A stretch of 64,000 bases of DNA from the human T2T-CHM13v2.0 reference genome, Homo sapiens. The position numbers were made by a program, and so were the translations under genes. The notes under the pieces are model-generated. The model searched no databases. It was not told where the DNA came from and saw only the letters and a list, made by a program, of their open reading frames with translations. This document shows positions 27,071 through 40,292 of this stretch, in pieces. Each line of letters opens with the position of its first letter. The first letter of the stretch is position 1. Location of the stretch: assembly GCF_009914755.1 (NCBI RefSeq), contig NC_060928.1; one strand, given 5' to 3'.

Positions 27071-27417
27071 CAGTCATATTTTTTAAAAGAAAAATGTATC
27101 TACACACATAAAAAAGTCACAAAAAAGAAATCAAACATTGAAAATCCAACTACCATAGATGATACACTGATAAAAAAGCAGAGATTCCTTAGGAAAGTAA
27201 AGAAAGTACTAAAATGAGGCAATAAAAAGGAGAATAAAATTGGTCAATAAATACATGAAAATATATTTAAGTATATTTTAATTTAAAAAGCAAATTGAAG
27301 CTCTTTGATGAATTTTTTCATTGGTGAAATTGGTAAAGCATATACAAATTATCAAAACTGGAGAAGAACAGTTTTTATTACGCTTCAGGAGATGATAAAA
27401 AATAAATATAAATTCTA

Positions 27418-27460
<43 letters not shown>

Positions 27461-27486
27461 GAGAGAGAGACAGAGAGAGAAAGAGA
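27418..27486. repeat. Compound microsatellite (CT)n(CA)10(GA)n
   Basis: Read directly from the sequence. Confidence 0.95.
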
Positions 27487-27774
27487 TGTTCTCTAATCAT
27501 TTGGCAAGGATTAACGACTAACGGAGAAAATGTTAGGGGTCTTCATCATAGGTGTTTGTATTTTTGTGTTTTATCAATTATTTGCTTTTGTAAAATGCAT
27601 GCATTGATATTGTAATTCAAACATTTTGTTTTCAACATAATTAAACAAAACTCTACAAACTGCACCAAATTATTAAAATGTATTAAGGTTTTAAACACCT
27701 TAATATTTGGCTATGCTAAGTATTAAGCATAGCTAAAGTTTAATTCTGTGTTCCTTAAATTTCAGATTGTAAAG

Positions 27775-27940
27775 TAATAATTTGTGGAGTCTAATAAAAC
27801 ACAGATTGCCTACATCCAGTTCCGGTGTTACTAATCAACAACTCTAGGGAGAAACCATGAATATACATTATTAATGAATACTCTAGACAATTCTGATGCC
27901 AGTGATCTCTGTGGAACATACTTTAAGAAGCAACATGTTG
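27775..27940. mobile_element. MER5-like hAT-Charlie relic
   Basis: TAATAAAACACAGATTGCC...TACTAATCAACAACTCTAGGG...CAATTCTGATGCCAGTG...CATACTTTAAGAAGCA resembles MER5A/B. Confidence 0.55.
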
Positions 27941-28139
27941 AACTTAAAAATTCATAAAATAAAAACTGATGTCTAAAGTAATTTTATTTGTATTGTGTTT
28001 CATTATATTTTCATCATTTTCAAAGCAAATACCCTCCACTGTATATATTTCCCCTTAATATCAGTTTTCTCTAAGTTATGATGTAAAGAGCCTGGACACA
28101 TTTTCAGTGCTTTCATGGTATCCATGTTATGCTAAAGCT

Positions 28140-28315
28140 TCATCACACTCCCATAACTATTTTATACAGGTTTGCCTTTTTCTCGTAAACTATGAGCTTT
28201 TTGGAACTCATGTACAACATCTCTCTCATTCACTGATGCACACCCAATGTCTTGTACAAGTATAGCACACAATAAATATTAAAATATTTGTTAGATATGA
28301 GTGAATAGTTGAAAA
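28140..28315 (+). mobile_element. L2 3' fragment
   Basis: AAACTATGAGCTTTTTGGA...GCACACAATAAATATTAAAATATTTGTTAGATATGAGTGAAT resembles the L2 tail. Confidence 0.55.
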
Positions 28316-28554
28316 TATTAATACATAAGAGGATACATGGTTATTGATATTGTATTGTTTCATTTTCATATATCTATCCTGTCTCTTTAACTAGACACTC
28401 CATTTTGAAATAATCGTTTGCTTTATAAACTACAATAAATACAAATGCACAGAGAGATTGTTTTAGAGTTTAGAGAGAATAACAAAGTACAAAATGTTTT
28501 GTTTATTTACCGTTATAAAAAGATAATTCAGCAGTGAAAAGATTCAGGGACAAC

Positions 28555-28800
28555 ATAGAGTGTTTGAAAAGGTACAGTTTTGAATTAGACTTCAGGAGTT
28601 TGGATTCTAACCTCAACACGTTTTAGCTTGGTGACATTAGGAATGTTTCCTAGACCTCTGATATCTCCATTTTCTTATCTGTAAAATGTGAATGATAATA
28701 ATATGGCTATATTAGTAGGTTCTTGTGGAGATTATATGAATCATTTGTAACAATTCTTTACATATATTAAGCAATAATGATTGCTAAATAAATACTCAGT
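28555..28800 (+). mobile_element. MIR SINE
   Basis: Core CCTCTGATATCTCCATTTTCTTATCTGTAAAATGTGAATGATAATA...GGTTCTTGTGGAGATTATATGA. Confidence 0.8.
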
Positions 28801-29649
28801 GACATCAAATACAGATTCTTCTATATTCATTATCATAATCTGTATTGAAAATATAACAATTTTATCAGTTGAGAGTCTATTGAGCAATGAATAATACAGT
28901 AGATATATTAATATGAGATCAATGCAGTCCATGGTTTTACCCAATGAATCTGTTACTCAGTGTTTCAGTTTTTCGAGCTCTATTAATGCTCGTTTTCTTA
29001 TTCTTCCAGTAAGTAATACTGAGCAGTTGAGCTGTAGGTAAATCTCTAACCTCACGGATTTCATAACTATTGTGTGTGGGAAGAAATATAAAAATAAATA
29101 AATATATAACAATATTTCATATATGATGTAGCTGATTCTTATGAATATTAACAGATAATATGAATGATTTCTATAGACATACATTCCCCAAATTCTAAAT
29201 TTATGTTTGGAACATTTGCTTGTGTGTGTTTCTATGACATAACCAAGTTTGTCTTGAACTTGGAAGGCAAAATAGCTTCACTTACTTTGCTATTTTTAGG
29301 GCCATAATCCAGTTCTTGACACTCATAGTGCCAAGACAAGGTAAGTAATAATGCAGAAAGAAACAAGAGAAACATACAAAGGAGATTATTATTATTTTTA
29401 TTTCTGATTTCTGATGATGGTTTCAATTGCTCCAATGAGAAAACCAATCTAGAGCAGAAATTGTTCTTTTAATTTTAGTCTTTTCCCTTTATCTTATACA
29501 GCATTTTATATGTTAATAATTTTTCAAAATTCAGATATTCATAATTTGAGAAGCACATCTTGGAGGTGTGGCTATTAAAACATAAATAAGAAACGTGTGG
29601 TTTACAAATTGGAATTGCAACTTACCACTTCAAATATTGTTTGAAGATA

Positions 29650-29709
29650 TTTTATTTTATTTTACTTTATTTTATTTTATTTTATTTTATTTTTTATTTT
29701 ATTTTATTT
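29650..29709. repeat. (ATTTT)n simple repeat
   Basis: About 12 imperfect units, read directly. Confidence 0.9.
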
Positions 29710-30719
29710 CAGGAATGTCTTCTTAGAAATACTTGAAGGTGTTTCTACGTGAAGACCAGAGAGAAAGTAAAGTGGTCTCAAAGTGAATACATCCAGAAAG
29801 CAGCATGCAATATGGCTCTGCAATTAAGTTTCTATTCACTCAACTCAGTAATTGGCTAATTATGTCATGGTTATTATATGTCTTGTGTTGTTCTTAGTCT
29901 AAATTAGGTTCTGTTCATTTTGGTTCAATTTTTATGAGTAGTTTTCTGGTTCTGGTTTTTCTTTTGTTTCAATATATAGTACTTTCAGGCTAAACAGGCA
30001 ATACCTCAGTTTGAAATGTTTAGGATAAATTTGTAACCTTCTAAGTCTTTATGACTTTAATTTCTCAAAAACGAATCCACACATACTATTTTTTCTCAAC
30101 AGAGTACAACAGGTATGTTTATGTAAACCCTAATTTATCTCATTAACTGCACAGTTGTGTGTAGAGCTGACATTTTCTGATGTCTGATTCTCATGTAGAA
30201 ATATCTTCGATCTAAATCCTTGCATTAGTGTCAGGAAAAACTTTCTAGAACATGGTGTCTCTTATGCTGAATGTCACCAGAAGGCTCTCCTTTGATGACT
30301 TCTCTTTGTAAGGCAATCCATTAGATGTATCTTTTACTCTGTTATAAATAATGTCACCTTACCTGGGCTATGCTCTCTACCAGAATTGTGAGCACTCATG
30401 TTGGTTCTATTGACAGTTGTGATAAATTGTTATTCATCTGCATGTGTTCTTACACAATAAAATTATGATTCATAGAAAAAGTATCTGAGATTGCTAGCTG
30501 GGGATAAATTAACAATTAAAGGCCAAAGAATTGAACAAGGAACTGCCATAGCAAGGCTTCAGAATGAAAACAAAGGCGTTAATATCCTCTTTGCCAAGTA
30601 ATTATAATTACATCTTCAAATGTGTTTTTTTCTCAAACACTAGAATGAGTAAGTTGTTACTGTATGATATATATAGAGAGATAGATAGATAGATAAAGTG
30701 TTTTTTAAATAGTTTTTTG

Positions 30720-30920
30720 CATTAATCGAATGTTTACTCTGTACCAGATTCTATCCATGTGATGTATGTATCTGTTAGATAATCTAATCTTCACTTTTAT
30801 CCTGTGAATTTGATACTATTACTATCTCTACTTAATGGTTAAAAATTCTGAGGAGCAGCCTGAGATCTCATAGCCAGCGAGTACTGGAGTTAAGTTCCAA
30901 ATCCATATATCAGTATTCCA
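30720..30920 (-). mobile_element. MIR SINE
   Basis: GAATGTTTACTCTGTACCAG...TAATCTTCAC...CCTGTGAATTTGATACTATTACTATCTC...CTGAGG follows the reverse-MIR pattern. Confidence 0.65.
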
Positions 30921-31364
30921 GGCTGCAAAACAGAATTTAGCAAAGAAAGTTCGTATATATTAAGGGACTTTTATCTATAAAGCATTTTAATAATTCTTCA
31001 CATGCAGCATGACTAATAAAAGTTGATGGCTTTTCTTAACAAAAATTCCTAAGAAAGATGAGAACAGAAACTTCCTGGTTAACTAATCCCAAAACAGTTT
31101 ATGAAACCATAGTAACAGAATAATAGATTAGCTGAGCACTATAATTGGGCAGGGAGGGGGAGATTTGCACATTTAAAATGTAATTTAGGGAAGCACGCAG
31201 AATTTATAGTATTAAATGAACAGTAATATTTCAATGTTAAATATTTTAAGACCTTTAATTTATATTCAATTCAAAAGAAGAAATTAGTTTCAAGACTAAT
31301 TTCACTAGCAAAGTAGTAGCTCCTTTTTCATTATTAAACAAGTAATAATAACACTGCACTTGAG

Positions 31365-31490
31365 TCTTTTATTCACTTAACAAATATTTATTGATTCCTA
31401 CTATATGTCAGTCACTCTTCAAAATCATTTTATTTTGACTGCGAACAGGATAGAAAATATTCCTGCACCAGTGGATTTTCAGATTACCTA
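31365..31490 (-). mobile_element. L2 3' end fragment
   Basis: ATTCACTTAACAAATATTTATTGATTCCTACTATATGTCAG. Confidence 0.7.
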
Positions 31491-31544
31491 GGACGCAGTT
31501 AAAAAAAATAGGAGAGGGAATTTTCAATGAGGATGCTATAGTAA

Positions 31545-31715
31545 ATGCTAAGTTGTATTAGGCATTTATTATGTGACAGACATTTTTCTATATTTTTTAC
31601 ATCTATTACTCTAGTTGGATTTCACAATTACACTGTCATGTAAGAAATATTTTCATTCATATTTTTCAGATGAGGAAACTGAGGCATAAACATCTCATAG
31701 TGGGGTTCAAGGCAG
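31545..31715 (-). mobile_element. MIR SINE
   Basis: GCATTTATTATGTGACAG...CATATTTTTCAGATGAGGAAACTGAGGCA (MIR core). Confidence 0.75.
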
Positions 31716-31719
31716 GCTA

Positions 31720-32750
31720 TTTTTTTTAATTAATAGACTTCATTTGCTTAGATTTAGTTTCACAGAAAATTGACCATATAGAACAAATAGTTCCTACATA
31801 CTCGCTCTCTTTTTTATTCACTATTTCCCCTATTATTAACATCTTGCATTAGTGTGACCCATTTGACATAATTGAAACAGTATTAAGATATTATTATTAG
31901 CTATAGAGTATTAACTAAAGTTCACCATACGTTACTTTTGAGATCAGTCTTTGCATTTTACAGTTTTGTGTGTTTTGACAAATGTATTATACAAGGTCAT
32001 ATATCTACTATTAAAATATTATAAAATAATTTTGCTACCCTAAATATTCCCTGTGCTCCATCTATTCATTTCTCCTCCCTTCCATCTTGAAACCACTGAT
32101 CTTTCTGCTTCCTCTATAATTTTGCCTTTTCCTTTTCCAGAATGTTATAAGGGTGGAATCATATAGTGTGCAGCCTTGAAAGAGTGGCTTCTTCCACCAA
32201 ATAATGTGCATTTAAGGTTCCTTCATGTCTTTACATGGCTTGATAGCTCACTTTTTATCCCTGAATAATAACTCATTATACAGATGTATCACCATTTGTT
32301 TACCCATTCATCTGTTGAAGGGCATGTTGATTGCTTCCAGCTTTTGTCAATTATGGATAGGCTGCTATAAACATTCATGTGTAGGCTTTTACCAACACAT
32401 TTGGACAAACTCCAAGGAGCACAATTGCTGGATTATGTAAGTAGACTATGTTTCATTACGTAAGAAGCTTTCAACCTGTCTTGTAAAGTGGTTCTATCAT
32501 TTTGCATTCCCACTAGCAATAAAGGAGAGTTGTTCTACATTTTTGGAACATTTGGTGTTGTCATATTGGGCAAGGGGTATTTTAGCTATTCTAAAAGGGA
32601 TCTCATAAGTTTAATTTGCAATATCCTAATAAAATATGATGTTGAACATCTTTTCATACGATTATTTGCTATTTGTATATTGTCTTTGATGAGGTGCCTA
32701 CTCAGACATTTTCCCCACTGTTGAAATGGATTTTTTGTTTTCCAATTTGT
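31720..32750 (-). mobile_element. L1MC-like 3' fragment
   Basis: TTTAGTTTCACAGAAAATTGA...CCCTATTATTAACATCTTGCATTAGTGTG...CATGTCTTTACATGGCTTGATAGCTCA...GCTGCTATAAACATTCATGTG: L1MC 3' UTR and ORF2 end. Confidence 0.85.
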
Positions 32751-32919
32751 TTCATGTGGACAAAATTATAATTTATGTTATATTGCCTTGTAGAATGCTG
32801 TGTAGATAATGTAACAGGCTAAGGAATAGAAATAATTTGATGGAAAAACAAATCTACTTTTTGTTTTACAAAGAAATGTTATGAAAGCCCTTTCTGAGGA
32901 GAAAGCATTTTACTTGAAA

Positions 32920-33065
32920 ATTTTTTAATAGAGGCAGGGTCTTGTTCTGTTCCCCAGGTTGGAGTGCAGTGACACAACCATAGCTCATTGCAGCCTTGAA
33001 CTCCTGAGCTCAAGCGATCCTCCAGAGTAGCTAGCACTTTAGGCTAGAGCCACTATAACCCAGCC
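32920..33065 (-). mobile_element. Free Alu monomer (FLAM/FRAM-like)
   Basis: Single arm AGAGGCAGGGTCTTGTTCTGTTCCCCAGGTTGGAGTGCAGTG...CTCAAGCGATCCTCC...CCCAGCC. Confidence 0.85.
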
Positions 33066-33497
33066 AGGAGACAACATTTGAGTGAAAATCTGAATAATAA
33101 GAAAACCTAGACAAAGAAATTCTTGGGTGTAGAGAGGATTTTCATTAAACACAATGAGTTATAGTTTCTTAACTTATGAAATGAAGATACCTTTGTTAAG
33201 ATTTGCTCAATATTTGCTTATAACAACTAAATTGACAGAATCAATAATTAATTATCTTTAAATGGAGCGTCTAATATGTGTACTGTTTACAATCTTTTTT
33301 ATTCAATGCTAGCATGTGGACCTGACATCATTGTAGATATATAGCTGATATGATATACAAACATGATTTTTAGCGTCTTTTTATTTTCAAATAAGTATTT
33401 ATCTGAATATATTTCAATGAAAACCTAAATGTTTTAAAAAATGATTGTATAAAGACTTTTTGCAATTAATGCTTAGTTTGTGTAAGTATTCCGTCAT

Positions 33498-33920
33498 GTG
33501 TATTGTTTAGTATTTTAGCTGCAAGCAATCAAGACTGAGTAATTTAAGCAGAAATGTATTGACAGATATTGGATAGATTGTAGACATTTCAGAAGGACCA
33601 GAAAATCTGACACAGAAACTATGTAGTCTGGAATATTTCATCCAAATCCTACCACTTCGTTGGATCTGTGAAGTGCTGCAATCACGCTGATGACACTATG
33701 CATAGGGAACTGCCATTGGAATTCTCATCAATGTTGCTCCTTGAAATTGGTTGCAGTAGCTGCACTTGCTACTGTGTAATTTTGTTTTTCCTTCTGGTCT
33801 GTATATTTTGCTTTGTATCACTAGCTTTAAATTGAGAAGGCAGGTATTTCTGACTGGTAAAGCCAAGATCACGTGTCCACAGTCTAGCTGCTACAAGGGA
33901 AGCTCAGAAAATAAGTCAAT
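33498..33920 (-). mobile_element. Old MLT1N/M-like LTR relic
   Basis: TTTTAGCTGCAAGCAATCAAGACT...TTTAAGCAGAAA...CTGACTGGTAAAGCCAAGATCACGTG...CTAGCTGCTACAAGGGAAGCT. Confidence 0.5.
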
Positions 33921-33931
33921 GAAACGTGTTA

Positions 33932-34266
33932 TTGTTTGTTTGTTTTTGTTTTTGTTTGTTTTGTTTTGTTTTGTTTTTGAGATGGAGTCTCGCTCTGTCC
34001 CCCAGGCTGAAGTGCAGTGGCGCGATCTCGGCTCACTGCAAGCTCCGCCTCCAGGGTTCATGCCAGTCTCAATTCTCCCGCCTCAGCCTCCCGAGTAGCT
34101 GGTATTACAGGCGCCTGCCACCACGTCTGGCTAATTTTTTGTATTTTTACTAAAGACGGGGTTTCACCATGTTAGCCAAGATGGTCTCGATCTCCTGACC
34201 TCGTGATCTGCCCGCCTCGGCCTCCCAAAGTGCTGGGATTACAGGCGTGAGTCACCGCGCCCGGCC
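33932..34266 (-). mobile_element. AluY with (TTTG/TTTTG)n tail
   Basis: Full dimer with GCAAGCTCCGCC and TGTTAGCCAAGATGGTCTCGATCTCC. A 7-bp extra segment AGTCTCA lies at 34065-34071. Confidence 0.93.
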
Positions 34267-34449
34267 AAATTGAAGTTTTTAGCTTTTAAAAAGGTGACAT
34301 AAATGAAGACAAGGTAGTTTGAAAGTTCAAATGTCGAGTAGCCAAAAAGAATTAACAATTTTATATAGTATGCCATAATTCAGAATACATATTTTCCTGA
34401 AGAGTATATTATTCTTTATATTCTCTTCTAATGTGGTGCTATCTTGGTA

Positions 34450-35170
34450 TTTTTGTTAGTATAGATACAAAATGTTATCGATTTTTTTCCTACCAGGTAT
34501 CTTCCCCTTTGTAATGTCGTATTCTAGCTCTCCCATCAAGAGTCTATTTATTTATTTGTGAATCTGGGCTTGGCCATCTTATTTGCTTTGTACAATAGAT
34601 CCTTAGCAAATGTTGTAAGCAGAGGTTTGCAAACTGCCTGTGCGTTAGAGCTTACTCTTTTGATAATCTCGGAAATCTTATATTAAGCATAAAGTGAAAT
34701 CTTGGTAAGTCCACCATATGAGCAGCATACATCCCAACCATCTTGTTGACTACTATCTGGTGGCAAATGCATTAGTGAGACTAGATTATATATATATATA
34801 TTTGTTGTTGTTGTTGTAGTTGTTGACACGGAGTTTCATTCTTGTCACCCAGGCTGCAGTGCAATGGCGAGACCTTGGCTCACTGCAACTTCTGCCTCCC
34901 AGGGATCAACAGATTCTCCTGCCTCAGCCTCCTGAGTAACTGCAATTACAGGCGCCCGCCACCATGCCTGGCTATCTTTTGTATTTTTAGTAGAGGTGGG
35001 ATTTCGCCATGTTGGTCAGGCTCGTTACATGATAACTTGAGGAGCAGCTAAAGCTAAAAACTAGTCCCAAATTGCTTAACTATAGAAATGAGAAATAAGT
35101 ATAGAGTATTTGTAATTCAAACCCACCAAATTTTAGGGTAGTTTGTTCTTGGTAAATGCTATCTAATACA
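34450..35170 (+). mobile_element. MLT1G/H-like LTR interrupted by an Alu
   Basis: CTCCCATCAAGAGTCTATTT...TGAATCTGGGCTTGGCC...TTTGCTTTG; ends AAATTTTAGGGTAGTTTGTT...CTAATACA. Confidence 0.65.
34801..35022 (-). mobile_element. 5'-truncated AluS with (TTG)n tail
   Basis: Right arm plus partial left arm ending CCATGTTGGTCAGGCT; preceded by (TA)n. Confidence 0.9.
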
Positions 35171-36287
35171 GTTAGTATTTACTCCTTTTCATATATCACT
35201 GAGTAGCTTTTCTCCCCACTTTCAAATTGACACTCATCTGGTACACTGAAGGAAAATAGCTAAAATTTAACTGATTATTATTTGAAGGTATACATGGCAT
35301 ATTTTGAATATGGTTCACAAATCAGCTTCATAAAAGACCATGCATTTATTTCTACAAGACAAGATATTTAAACTTTTGTTTCAGATTTTTTAAAATATTA
35401 TAGCATCTTGGCATACTTAGCAATTTTCAACATAGATGATGGTGTAAAAAAACTTTTATTTTTGCTTTGTTACAGATATATCAATTAGTTTCAGAATTCA
35501 AAGTTGGTTATACTAAAAAGAAAATAAGTGACATTTTAGATCAGAAACAAAGTTGATTATTCCTAACTACAGAAATGGAAAAATGGCAGGGACCCTAATA
35601 CTTCACAGATCAGTCACTGAAAGCTTTCCTAGCCTTTAATGACTGCAGGGTTGTCAGTAGGTATAGCTTGGTGGTAAAAATCTGGTACACTTTCACCAGG
35701 GAATAGTGCTCCACTTATTTGCTTTCACAAAAAAAAAATGAAAATAAAACAAATTAAAAAAAACACACTTTAATGAATGTTGTAGTTTTGATAGTATTGT
35801 GAAATATTCCAGTAAATAAGTTTCTAAACTAAATTTATATGTGAAGTGTAAATGGCCTGTTCAATTTTATTGTCAAGAAAGGCTTCACCAAAGACTTTCC
35901 TCCAAATTATACATATTAAGTGAAGACTACTCTTCATTATGCCAAACTTCCAGTCAATTATTTCTAATATTTATAGAGGTAATTTCCTTAAGATGAAAAA
36001 CTATAGAAATGTATTCTGTACTTGCTGTGTTTCAATGATGAAAACTAAATTTAATAAGCAAACACATTTTTGTGACTTTGTTTCTATATATTCTTGATCT
36101 TGTATCATCATATTTGATTGTAGTTATAGTCTTTCAATTAAGTTATCTTGCAGTATTTAACTTTAAAAGAATTATGGAAAATTTATTTAGCACTTATAAA
36201 CTATAAAAACATATCAATATGCTTAACCAAAAGTAAGTTTTTAGTGAATTCGAGTCAACAAAAATTTTTAAAGACATAGCATGTGTA

Positions 36288-36590
36288 GGCCAGGCACGGT
36301 GGCTCACGCCTGTAATCCCAGCACTTTGGGAGGCCGAGGTGGGCGGATTATGAGGTCAGGAGATCAAGACCATCCTGGCTAACACGGTGAATCCCTGTCT
36401 CTACTAAAAAATACAAAAAATTAGCCAGGTGTGGTGGCGGGCGCCTGTAGTCGCAGCTACTCGGGAGGCTGAGGCAGGAGAATGGCGTGCAACTTGGGAG
36501 GCGGAGCTTGCAGTGAGCCGAGGTCATGCCACTGCCCTCCAGCCTGGACGACAGAGTGAGACTCTGCCAAAAAAAAAAAAAAAAAAAAAA
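36288..36590 (+). mobile_element. AluY
   Basis: Full dimer with A-tail. 18-bp TSD AAAGACATAGCATGTGTA at 36270-36287 and 36588-36605. Confidence 0.97.
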
Positions 36591-38665
36591 GACATAGCAT
36601 GTGTAGACTGATGTATAACTGTGCAAATTAAAAGAAGACTGTATATTAAGACAATGGAGTCAAGAAGAGTAGCAATTTAGATTATTACCAAGGACAAACA
36701 GTATAATAGTATGATTTGAAATATTTCATCAGAAGACATTATATCTGCTTCTCTACATATTCACAGGAATAGAAAGTAAATGGAACCTAAACTAGAGGAG
36801 ACAAACTAAGGAAGATTTGCCCAAGAAACATAGCAACGATTAATAAATTGTCAGAAAGAAGCACTAATGGCCAGGACCTCAAAAGACAAGGTAACAATCA
36901 CTATATTTGTAAATAAAAATACATTATTTATAACCAAAATAGTAATTTATTGTTTTATCCATTTAGAATACTAACCATTTTATTATATTGTCAAATATAA
37001 CTTTATTAATATTTAATATTTACTATCAATTCTTTCTGTTGGAGTTTAAATCTAGTAGTGAGTTTCACTTTTAACTGCAATCCTATCACCCCGTTGTTTA
37101 AAATAATTTATCACATGAATGCTGACAAAATAGCCCTTCGTGTACATGAAGATGTAAATGATATATCCCCCTTAAGACTTTCCAGTTAAATTTTACCTCT
37201 AAACTTTGATGTTTTGAAAACATTGTCTTTGACTTTTTCTAAGTCCATAGTGTTGACACTACTTTGTATAATTGTATAAGTTAGATCACTCCCAGAAAAT
37301 GAAAAGTAGTTTAATTTATAATATTTATAAACTATGACCTGGTCAACATGATAATGTATCATGTGCTAAGTGGACTAGTGACCAATAATATCCTAAGGAT
37401 TTGTATTTCTATTTCCATAGATGACAAACCTGATATCCAGAATTATCAAGGTACTTATCAAGTAGAGGACCTGAAGCTGCAATCCACATCTTTGATCAAG
37501 TTCATTTCTTTCTCTAATAAGATCATGTAGCTTTCTATAGAATAGAATTTATCTGTATATTACCTTAAGATTTCTCATTTCAATGGACCACTGAATTTAA
37601 AAATTGAAACACGGGTCATTAATGGAGAAGTTATATAAAAGTTATTCTGCTATGATTTGTGGTCAATCATAAGTCAACAATTTGAAGCTTAAAATGTGCC
37701 CCAAAGATAATGAGCTTTTCTAATTATGAAGGGGCTCCTGGGTAAGGTAGGCAGGGCTAAAGTAAGCATTAAAACAAAATGAAACAAAGCATTGTAATGA
37801 AGTTGTTGGGCCTAGTTAATGCACAACGCAGTAAAACGTGATTGCCTGTTAAGCAAACCAGACAGGAGCCTCAAAAGAAATTAAATTATTATATAATAAA
37901 TGTATTTAGAGAGGTGCAGAATCTTAACTTCAAAACCTTGAAAACATTAAATCAACCCCTGATAATTAACACATTATTTATATTTAATGACCTTTATGCA
38001 TTAGAAATATGTTATAGCACTCACACTATACTAATCTGAAAGAGCTCGCAGAAGTGAAAAAACACAGAGAAAAATGTATACTTTTTACTATTAGTACATA
38101 ATAGTTTTCAATGGCTTCTTCATAGCTAATTAGATATTAGAACATTATTTAAGGTACTTCAGATCTTAGTAGAAAATTTATGCTTTTTGTTTTGTATGTA
38201 TGCCACCAAAAACCTACAATGTTTGTATTTCTCTGGGAACTCTGTTGCCATCACCAGAATAGTAATGTATAATATACTCAATTTACATACTAACAGGAAA
38301 TTAATTTGTAACCAAACTGTAAGTAACCTCAAGCCACCATTAAAAAATCATTTGAACTTCTAGTATTAGACTAAATTAAAAAATATTAACAACTAGGTTG
38401 CTGAAGCTGAAATATAGCAAAATTCTGCAGTGTTTCCTAGGATTTGTCAAAAACTTAAAAAGTTATTGCTTTAGTATAGCAATGGTAGTTCTTAATTAAC
38501 ACAAATAGTAAATTAACCAGCATGTCCTATTTTTGAAAAACCCATATGCATGCCTTATATTGTACAAAACACCTATGACAGACAATGTTTCCCTTAGGAA
38601 TTTTCATATAAAAGTTAATTTATTTTAATATCAAGAATGATTTAATATTACCAGCAAGAAAGCTA

Positions 38666-39005
38666 CAGTCAGTCCTCCATATTGATGGGTTCTTCATCCA
38701 TGGATTCAACCAACTACAGATCTAAAATTTGCAGAACAAAAAAATAGATGGTTGTATGTACTGAACATATACAGACTTAAAAAATATTTCCTAAGAAATA
38801 TGGTACAACCATAATTTACATAACATTTACATTGTATTAGGTATTATAAGCAATCTAGAGATGATTTACATATACAAGAGGGTGTATTTAGGTTATATGC
38901 AAATATTACACCATTTTATATAAGATACTTGAGTATCTGTGAACTTTGGTATCCAATGGTGGGGGGCTTTGGAGCAAATCCCCCACTGATACCCAGAGAT
39001 GAGTG
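38666..39005. mobile_element. MER2 (TcMar-Tigger non-autonomous DNA transposon)
   Basis: TA|CAGTCAGTCCTCCATA...ATGGATTCAACCAAC...TTACATTGTATTAGGTATTATAAGCAATCTAGAGATGATTTA...GGTTATATGCAAATATTACACCATTTTATATAAG...GATACCCAGAGATGAGTG; ~340 bp with degenerate terminal inverted repeats. Confidence 0.88.
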
Positions 39006-40241
39006 AAATTAGATTTGAGGTATCTTTTTTCATCCATTAAAATTATTATACAGAATTTCATAACAGCGATATGACTAATTTTCCAGGTAAGCACAAAACG
39101 TGTCTGGAGGGTGTTAGTAAGTGCTTATAACCATCAACCTAAGACCAAAGAATGATAAAAATTTACTAGTTGGACTCCCAAAAGTAATTTTTAAGGTTGA
39201 TGTCAAGTGCCCAATTGTTATAAAGTAATTTCTCCAACACTTTACATTTTTGAAATAATCTAGATAAATTCAGTCCACTAAAATTCTACTTGAGCCTATT
39301 TAATTTCCTATGATTCAGTTATATTAACAAAAGGATTCTGTTTGGGTTTGGGGGTTATGCTTGAACGAGACTCAAGTTAATCATTTGGGTACTTAAATGT
39401 TCTTAACTCAAGGATTTCTTCTGACAGTCATTTCAAGAACAGCTTTATATTCTTCAATTCACCTGTTCCACAAGAAATAAATACAAAGGGATTTTATTCT
39501 GCTCACATTTTTCTGCCTTGTCACCAAAATGCATTGCTTAGGGGCAATTTTCATGTACAAAAGGCCTATATGCTTCATGGATTTAAACACCCCTATTTCT
39601 CAGTAAAGGTCAAAGGGTGTTAATCACAGCCCCATAATTGTTCTCAACCTTCATTAACAGACACCATATTAAACTGATGGAAAGCCCTGCTTAATCAGGC
39701 TTTGCTAAAATTACTCAGGTAGATTATCAAGATAAAAGAGCAGGAAAGCTAGAAATGGGCCTGAGGGAGAATGTGCCTAAAAGTATCTGTCTTCCTTCTG
39801 TCACCAAAACCTGTGTAGCACTGAGAGATCTTTGGAAAGTAAAAGTTCAGACTTACTATTAGATTTTATTTTCAAGCATTAGAGTTTGGTGTTTTCAATT
39901 ATAAATGAAAGCACAACTTGTTGCAGGATGATTTCAGCAAGGATGTTCCATTTCTTCATAAATAGTTATAATCTTGTTTTCCAGTACTTGAAATGTCTAA
40001 AGCCATTTGGATTTATGTAGGCCACTTCTTTCTGGTATTTATTCCTCAAAAAGCAGATATGTAAAATGTAGCAGAGTACCTATATTATACAACAGCCTTT
40101 GCATGATTAATATATAACTACACACATTGGCACATTAATTCACATTGTTTTAACACAGTTATGTTTTAGTCATCTAAATATTATGAAACAAAAAGAAGAA
40201 AGCAATAAAATATCACATACTTTATAGCAGACATAAGGGGA

Positions 40242-40292
40242 ATATATATATATATGTATATACACACACACACATATATATACACACACACC
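40242..40292. repeat. (TA)n/(CA)n compound microsatellite
   Basis: Read directly from the sequence. Confidence 0.9.

Noticed and set aside
29650-29800. (ATTTT)n followed by TTTCAG as an exon acceptor
   Set aside because: The pyrimidine tract is a simple repeat, and the downstream sequence has no supportable coding frame.
34065-34071. 7-bp insertion in an AluY as the Yb8 duplication
   Set aside because: Wrong position and sequence, and no other Yb diagnostics; it looks like a private local duplication.
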